Source: a virus (taxonomy: Duplodnaviria; Heunggongvirae; Uroviricota; Caudoviricetes). Taken from it: a stretch of 18,880 nt of DNA. Shown here one piece after another: positions 14,997-18,880 of this stretch (its first letter is position 1; each line of letters opens with the position of its first letter). The notes under the pieces were generated by a model that was not told the origin of the DNA, searched no databases, and saw only the letters and a program-made list of their open reading frames with translations. Location: positions 1 to 18,880 of IMG/VR virus record IMGVR_UViG_2529292904_000021; one strand, written 5' to 3'. The translations under genes and the position numbers were made by a program.

Positions 14997-17414
14997 ATGA
15001 ACGCTGATAAAGAAGAAATTGCACTATATTACGAAGCCAAAAATGACAAAGTCAGAAAACGCCTTGGGATTAAAGGTGGTTTTTACTGGCGCACAGCAAA
15101 AAAATTATCGGTTGCAATATCACGCGGTGTTGCTGCAATGGACGATGCCGGATTTGACGAAGAGGATTTTAAAAAACCCATCCGCGTCCATTTACCCGTT
15201 GTGAATGACCTTCCACCGGAAGGTGTGTTTGATACTGAATTCTGCAACCGATACGAAAAAGGCGGAGAAGATGGTATCACAATGATACTTATCGCGCCCT
15301 CTGTTCCGGACAAACCAGCCAGTACTGACAATACCAACGTCAACGGCGAAGACATGGCTAAGATTGAGGAGAATATGCTTCTTCCGGTTTCAGGTCAGAT
15401 TCTGCCTGTTCGCTGGCTGGCGCAACACAACAGCGAAAAACCGGTCACGCACGTTTCACTGGACAAACTGCGCGCATTACATAACGCACAGGATGAAAAA
15501 CTTCCCGCCGTTACCGCGCTGGCCATCTCAAATAAAGCAGTGCAACTCGAACCGCTGGAGATTCGGGATTTGTACAAACTGGTGCGAGACACTGACAAAG
15601 TTTTCCCCGCCCCCGTAAATTCGGACCTGGGACTGATGACCTCTTTTATCGAAGCATACCTGGGCGCTGACTACACCGATCGCGGTCTGCTTACAAAAGA
15701 GTGGATGAAAGGAAATAGTGTTTCACGCATCAGCCGCACGCCATCCGGCGCTAACGCTGGCGGCGGCATTCTTACCGATCGCGGCGAAGGTTTTGTCCAC
15801 GATGATGCGTCAGTGGCGCGTGACGTAGCCACTGGCGTACTGGCCCGTTCAATGGACGTGGATATTTATAACCTTCATCCCGCACACGCTAAACGCATTG
15901 AGGAAATTATCGCTGAAAATAAACCGCCATTTACTGTGTTTTTCAGCAAATTCATCACCATGCCGGGCCACAAGGATTACTCCCGCGCCATCGTGGTTGC
16001 GTCCGTGAAAGAAGCACCAATTGGTATAGAGGCTACTCCCCACCGTGTCACCGAATACCTGAATAAGGTGCTGACTGAAACCGATCATGCCACCCCTGAT
16101 CCGGAAATCGTGGATATTGCCTGTGGCCGCTCCTCTGCCCCGATGCCGCAGCGTGTAACAAAAGAAGGAAAACAGGATGATGAAGAAAAACCGCAGCCAT
16201 CTGGCGCAATGGCAGATGAACAGGCAACGACTGAAGCAGTGGAACCGGATACAACTGAACATAATCAGGACACGCAGTCGATGGATGCTCAGCCACAGAT
16301 AAATTCTGTTGATGCGAAATATCAGAAACTGCGTGCAGAACTCCATGAAGCCAAGAAAAACATTCCACCCAAAAATCCTGTCGATGCAGATAAATTACTG
16401 GCTGCTTCTCGCGGAGAATTTGTTGAAGGGATTAGCGACCCGAATGATCCAAAATGGGTGAAGGGGATCCAGAGTCGCGATGATGATGACCAGAATCAGG
16501 ATAAAGCGGAACAAAACAGCCCAAATGCGTTACAAAACGAGCCAAAAACAAAACAACCAGAACCAGTAGTGCAACAAGAACCAGAAAAAGTTTGCACCAC
16601 ATGTGGTCAGACCGGTGGCGGCAACTGTCCTGACTGTAGTGCGGTGATGGGGAACGCAACCTACCAGGAAACATTCGATGAAGAGAATCAGGCTGAAGCT
16701 CAGAAAAATGATCCGGAGGAAATGGAAGGCACTGAACATCTGCACAAGGAGAACACTGGCAGCGATCAGTATCACGCCAGCGATAATAAAACTGGCGAAA
16801 CAGCAAATCCCTTAATTAAAGTGAACGGTCATCATGAAATCTCATCCACCAGCAGGTTGTGGCACCATCTGATGATTGACCTTGAAGCAATGGGAAAAAA
16901 TCCTGATGCGCCAATAAACGCTATAGCCGGTAAGTTTTTTGATCCGGCAACCGGAGATATGGGGCCAGAATTCAGCAAAACTATCGATCTGGAAACCGCA
17001 GGCGGGGTCATCGATCGGGACACCATTAAGTGGTGGCTGAAACAGTCACGCGAAGCACAATCCTCCATTCTGACCGATGAAATCCCGTTGGATGATGCAC
17101 TGCTGCAATTACGGGAATTTATCGACGAAAACTCCGGTGAATTTTTTGTTCAGGTCTGGGGTAACGGTGCAACTTTCGACAACGTGATTTTACGCCGTTC
17201 ATATGAACGGCAGGGGATCCCCTGCCCGTGGCGTTACACCAATGATCGCGATGTAAGAACGATGGTTGCTCTGGGACTGGTGATGGATTTCGACGCAAGA
17301 ACGACTATTCCATTCGAAGGTGAACGCCATAACGCCCTGCACGATGCGCGTTACCAGGCAAAATACGTTTCAGCCATCTGGCAAAAACTGATCCCGAGTC
17401 AGGCTGATTTTTAA
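14997..17414 (+). CDS. YdfE-like large prophage protein: N-terminal domain, acidic low-complexity linker with CxxC...CxxC motif, C-terminal DnaQ-like (DEDDh) 3'-5' exonuclease domain
   Basis: 805 aa. C-terminal Exo motifs: MIDLEAMG (D..E), [25 protein letters not shown] (H..D). Long D/E/Q/K/P-rich stretch and [15 protein letters not shown] in the middle. Occupies the exo/recE position next to xis-int. Confidence 0.7.
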   Translation: MNADKEEIALYYEAKNDKVRKRLGIKGGFYWRTAKKLSVAISRGVAAMDDAGFDEEDFKKPIRVHLPVVNDLPPEGVFDTEFCNRYEKGGEDGITMILIAPSVPDKPASTDNTNVNGEDMAKIEENMLLPVSGQILPVRWLAQHNSEKPVTHVSLDKLRALHNAQDEKLPAVTALAISNKAVQLEPLEIRDLYKLVRDTDKVFPAPVNSDLGLMTSFIEAYLGADYTDRGLLTKEWMKGNSVSRISRTPSGANAGGGILTDRGEGFVHDDASVARDVATGVLARSMDVDIYNLHPAHAKRIEEIIAENKPPFTVFFSKFITMPGHKDYSRAIVVASVKEAPIGIEATPHRVTEYLNKVLTETDHATPDPEIVDIACGRSSAPMPQRVTKEGKQDDEEKPQPSGAMADEQATTEAVEPDTTEHNQDTQSMDAQPQINSVDAKYQKLRAELHEAKKNIPPKNPVDADKLLAASRGEFVEGISDPNDPKWVKGIQSRDDDDQNQDKAEQNSPNALQNEPKTKQPEPVVQQEPEKVCTTCGQTGGGNCPDCSAVMGNATYQETFDEENQAEAQKNDPEEMEGTEHLHKENTGSDQYHASDNKTGETANPLIKVNGHHEISSTSRLWHHLMIDLEAMGKNPDAPINAIAGKFFDPATGDMGPEFSKTIDLETAGGVIDRDTIKWWLKQSREAQSSILTDEIPLDDALLQLREFIDENSGEFFVQVWGNGATFDNVILRRSYERQGIPCPWRYTNDRDVRTMVALGLVMDFDARTTIPFEGERHNALHDARYQAKYVSAIWQKLIPSQADF

Positions 17415-17472
17415 TGTTCAACCCGGATCGCCGCTAACGGCATATAGTTAGCGGCGGTTGTGAGATATAGCT

Positions 17473-17676
17473 ATGAGCAGCATATTTTTAACCGAAAATG
17501 AATTGCAAACGTTAACGGGCTGCAAATATGCAAGCCACCAGCGCAACTGGTTAATAAAAAATGGGCTTCCGTTCTATACCAATCGTAGTGGAAAACCGAT
17601 CGTCAGTCGGGAACTGTTTACCTGTATAAAAACTTTACCACCACGTGAGGCTGAACCTGATTTCGGTGCGATCTAA
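17473..17676 (+). CDS. Excisionase-like small DNA-binding protein (DUF4224-type)
   Basis: 67 aa immediately upstream of the integrase, with stop and int start overlapping (TAATG). Confidence 0.6.
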   Translation: MSSIFLTENELQTLTGCKYASHQRNWLIKNGLPFYTNRSGKPIVSRELFTCIKTLPPREAEPDFGAI

Positions 17677-18701
17677 TGGGAAGACGAAGGAAAAATCCCG
17701 AACACGAAAAATTACCGCCAAAGGTATACCCCAATAAATATAGTTATGTATGGAAACCGACATCCAGAGAATCTGTAACCTTAACTGCAATCGAGGATGG
17801 TTTAGCCGCATTATGGAAAAAGTATGAAGAAACGGTTAACCATCGCGATCGCGCAATGACATTTGGGCGTTTGTGGGAAAAATTTCTCGCCAGCGCCTAT
17901 TACAGCGAGCTTAGTCCTAGAACTCAAAAAGATTATCTGCAACATCAAAAAAAGTTGCTGGCCGTATTCGGTAAGGTGCTGGCCGATTCTGTAAAACCAG
18001 AGCACATCAGACGATACATGGACAAAAGAGGCGAGCAGAGTAAAACGCAGGCAAACCATGAAAAAAGCAGTATGTCGCGCGTTTATAGTTGGGGGTATGA
18101 ACGAGGGTATGTAAAGGCTAATCCTTGTGCCGGTGTAAGTAAATTCAAGGCAAAAAACCGAGAGCGCTATGTGACTGACAAAGAATACCAGGCCGTATTA
18201 AGCGTGGCTCCTGTGCCTGTTTTTATCGCGATGGAAATTGCATATCTGTGCGCAGCAAGGATTTCCGATGTGTTATCTCTGAAATGGGAACAGATCGGAA
18301 ACGATGGGATCTTTATCCAGCAAGGTAAAACAGGAAAGAAACAGATAAAAGCCTGGAGCCCCCGCCTGCAATCAGTTATAGAAAAAGCCAAACAACTCCC
18401 CAAGTCGGCCTATGTAATCAGCAATCAGTACGGCAACCGTTACATGTATAAAGGATTTAATGAAATGTGGGTTGAGGCAAGAAATTTAGCAGGACAGATA
18501 TCTGGGATCGCCACCGATTTTACGTTCCATGACCTTAAAGCCAAGGGGATATCAGATTACGAAGGTAGTAGCCGGGATAAACAACTTTTCTCTGGTCACA
18601 AGACCGAAGGACAGGTATTAATCTATGACAGGAAAGTGAAGATCTCACCTACACTGGATGTACCTTTACCCCAGAATATTCCAACAAAATATTCCAAGTA
18701 A
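17676..18701 (+). CDS. int: Phage tyrosine integrase
   Basis: 341 aa with a C-terminal tyrosine-recombinase catalytic region (ARISDVLSLKWEQI..., HDLKAKG..., SGHKTEGQVLIYDR) and the expected N-terminal arm/core-binding region. Sits adjacent to a tRNA gene. Confidence 0.85.
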   Translation: MGRRRKNPEHEKLPPKVYPNKYSYVWKPTSRESVTLTAIEDGLAALWKKYEETVNHRDRAMTFGRLWEKFLASAYYSELSPRTQKDYLQHQKKLLAVFGKVLADSVKPEHIRRYMDKRGEQSKTQANHEKSSMSRVYSWGYERGYVKANPCAGVSKFKAKNRERYVTDKEYQAVLSVAPVPVFIAMEIAYLCAARISDVLSLKWEQIGNDGIFIQQGKTGKKQIKAWSPRLQSVIEKAKQLPKSAYVISNQYGNRYMYKGFNEMWVEARNLAGQISGIATDFTFHDLKAKGISDYEGSSRDKQLFSGHKTEGQVLIYDRKVKISPTLDVPLPQNIPTKYSK

Positions 18702-18800
18702 TTCCAAGTGTGATTTTTATCACTGACTTGATGGCGTGTAAGTGATTGAATTTTGGCGGAGAGAGGGGGATTTGAACCCCCGGTGGAGTTGCCCCCACTC
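18702..18800. other. Probable prophage/chromosome junction (att site overlapping the 3' part of tRNA-Ser)
   Basis: Integrase stop at 18701 with the tRNA 3' end at ~18754. Core sequence not delimited because the other prophage end lies outside the window. Confidence 0.4.
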
Positions 18801-18843
18801 CGGTTTTCGAGACCGGTCCGTTCAGCCGCTCCGGCATCTCTCC
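18754..18843 (-). tRNA. serU: tRNA-Ser (anticodon CGA), serU-like; likely prophage attachment target
   Basis: Reverse complement GGAGAGATGCCGGAGCGGCTGAACGGACCGGTCTCGAAAACCGGAGTGGGGGCAACTCCACCGGGGGTTCAAATCCCCCTCTCTCCGCCA: 90 nt with long variable arm and anticodon loop CTCGAAA. The 3' end faces the integrase gene. Confidence 0.85.
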
Positions 18844-18880
18844 GTTCAGATGGTTGCCATGATGCCAGGAAATTTGGCAT

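Noticed and set aside
15019-17068. Multiple ORFs inside and antisense to the 805-aa gene (15019..15204, 15083..15355, 15364..15618, 15395..15598, 15849..16346, 16048..16368, 16432..16806, 16530..16775, 16832..17068)
   Set aside because: All nested within a single long, well-supported CDS; low-complexity translations with no independent signals.
17811-18403. ORFs 17811..18059 (-) and 18167..18403 (-)
   Set aside because: Antisense to the integrase gene.
18623-18880. ORFs 18623..18880 (-) and 18649..18837 (-)
   Set aside because: They read through the tRNA-Ser gene; artefacts.

Overview
This window reads as the int-proximal ~18 kb of a Qin/Kim-like lambdoid prophage integrated next to a tRNA-Ser(CGA) (serU-like) gene in an E. 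coli-like chromosome. All calls come from reading the sequence and the ORF track; no searches were run. Backbone, right to left: tRNA-Ser | int, xis-like, 805-aa YdfE-like exonuclease, ydfD, dicB, dicF sRNA, ydfA, dicA-like repressor (+ strand) || dicC-like Cro, cII-position gene, O-like replication initiator with internal iterons, 135-aa gene, hokD, DUF968 (YdfU-like), rusA, Q antiterminator (QuuD/phage-82 type), three phage tRNAs (Ile2-CAU, Arg-UCG, Arg-UCU), a nanS-p-like esterase fragment, and an IS3-family transposase cut by the window start. On this backbone sit several AT-rich cargo insertions that I rank as the most interesting content: (1) a two-gene cassette (unknown 226-aa protein plus fused XRE-HTH/ImmA-IrrE metallopeptidase) with its own promoter, bracketed by duplicated terminator hairpins; (2) a standalone SIR2-like protein; (3) a CPBP/Abi-family intramembrane protease plus AraC-family regulator cassette between Q and the tRNAs, where stx sits in Stx phages; (4) a reverse-oriented coiled-coil/zinc-ribbon gene inside the dicB operon. 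No stx genes and no CRISPR array are present. Coordinates of features I derived by eye (tRNAs, hokD, dicF, small ORFs, terminators) may be off by a few bases.
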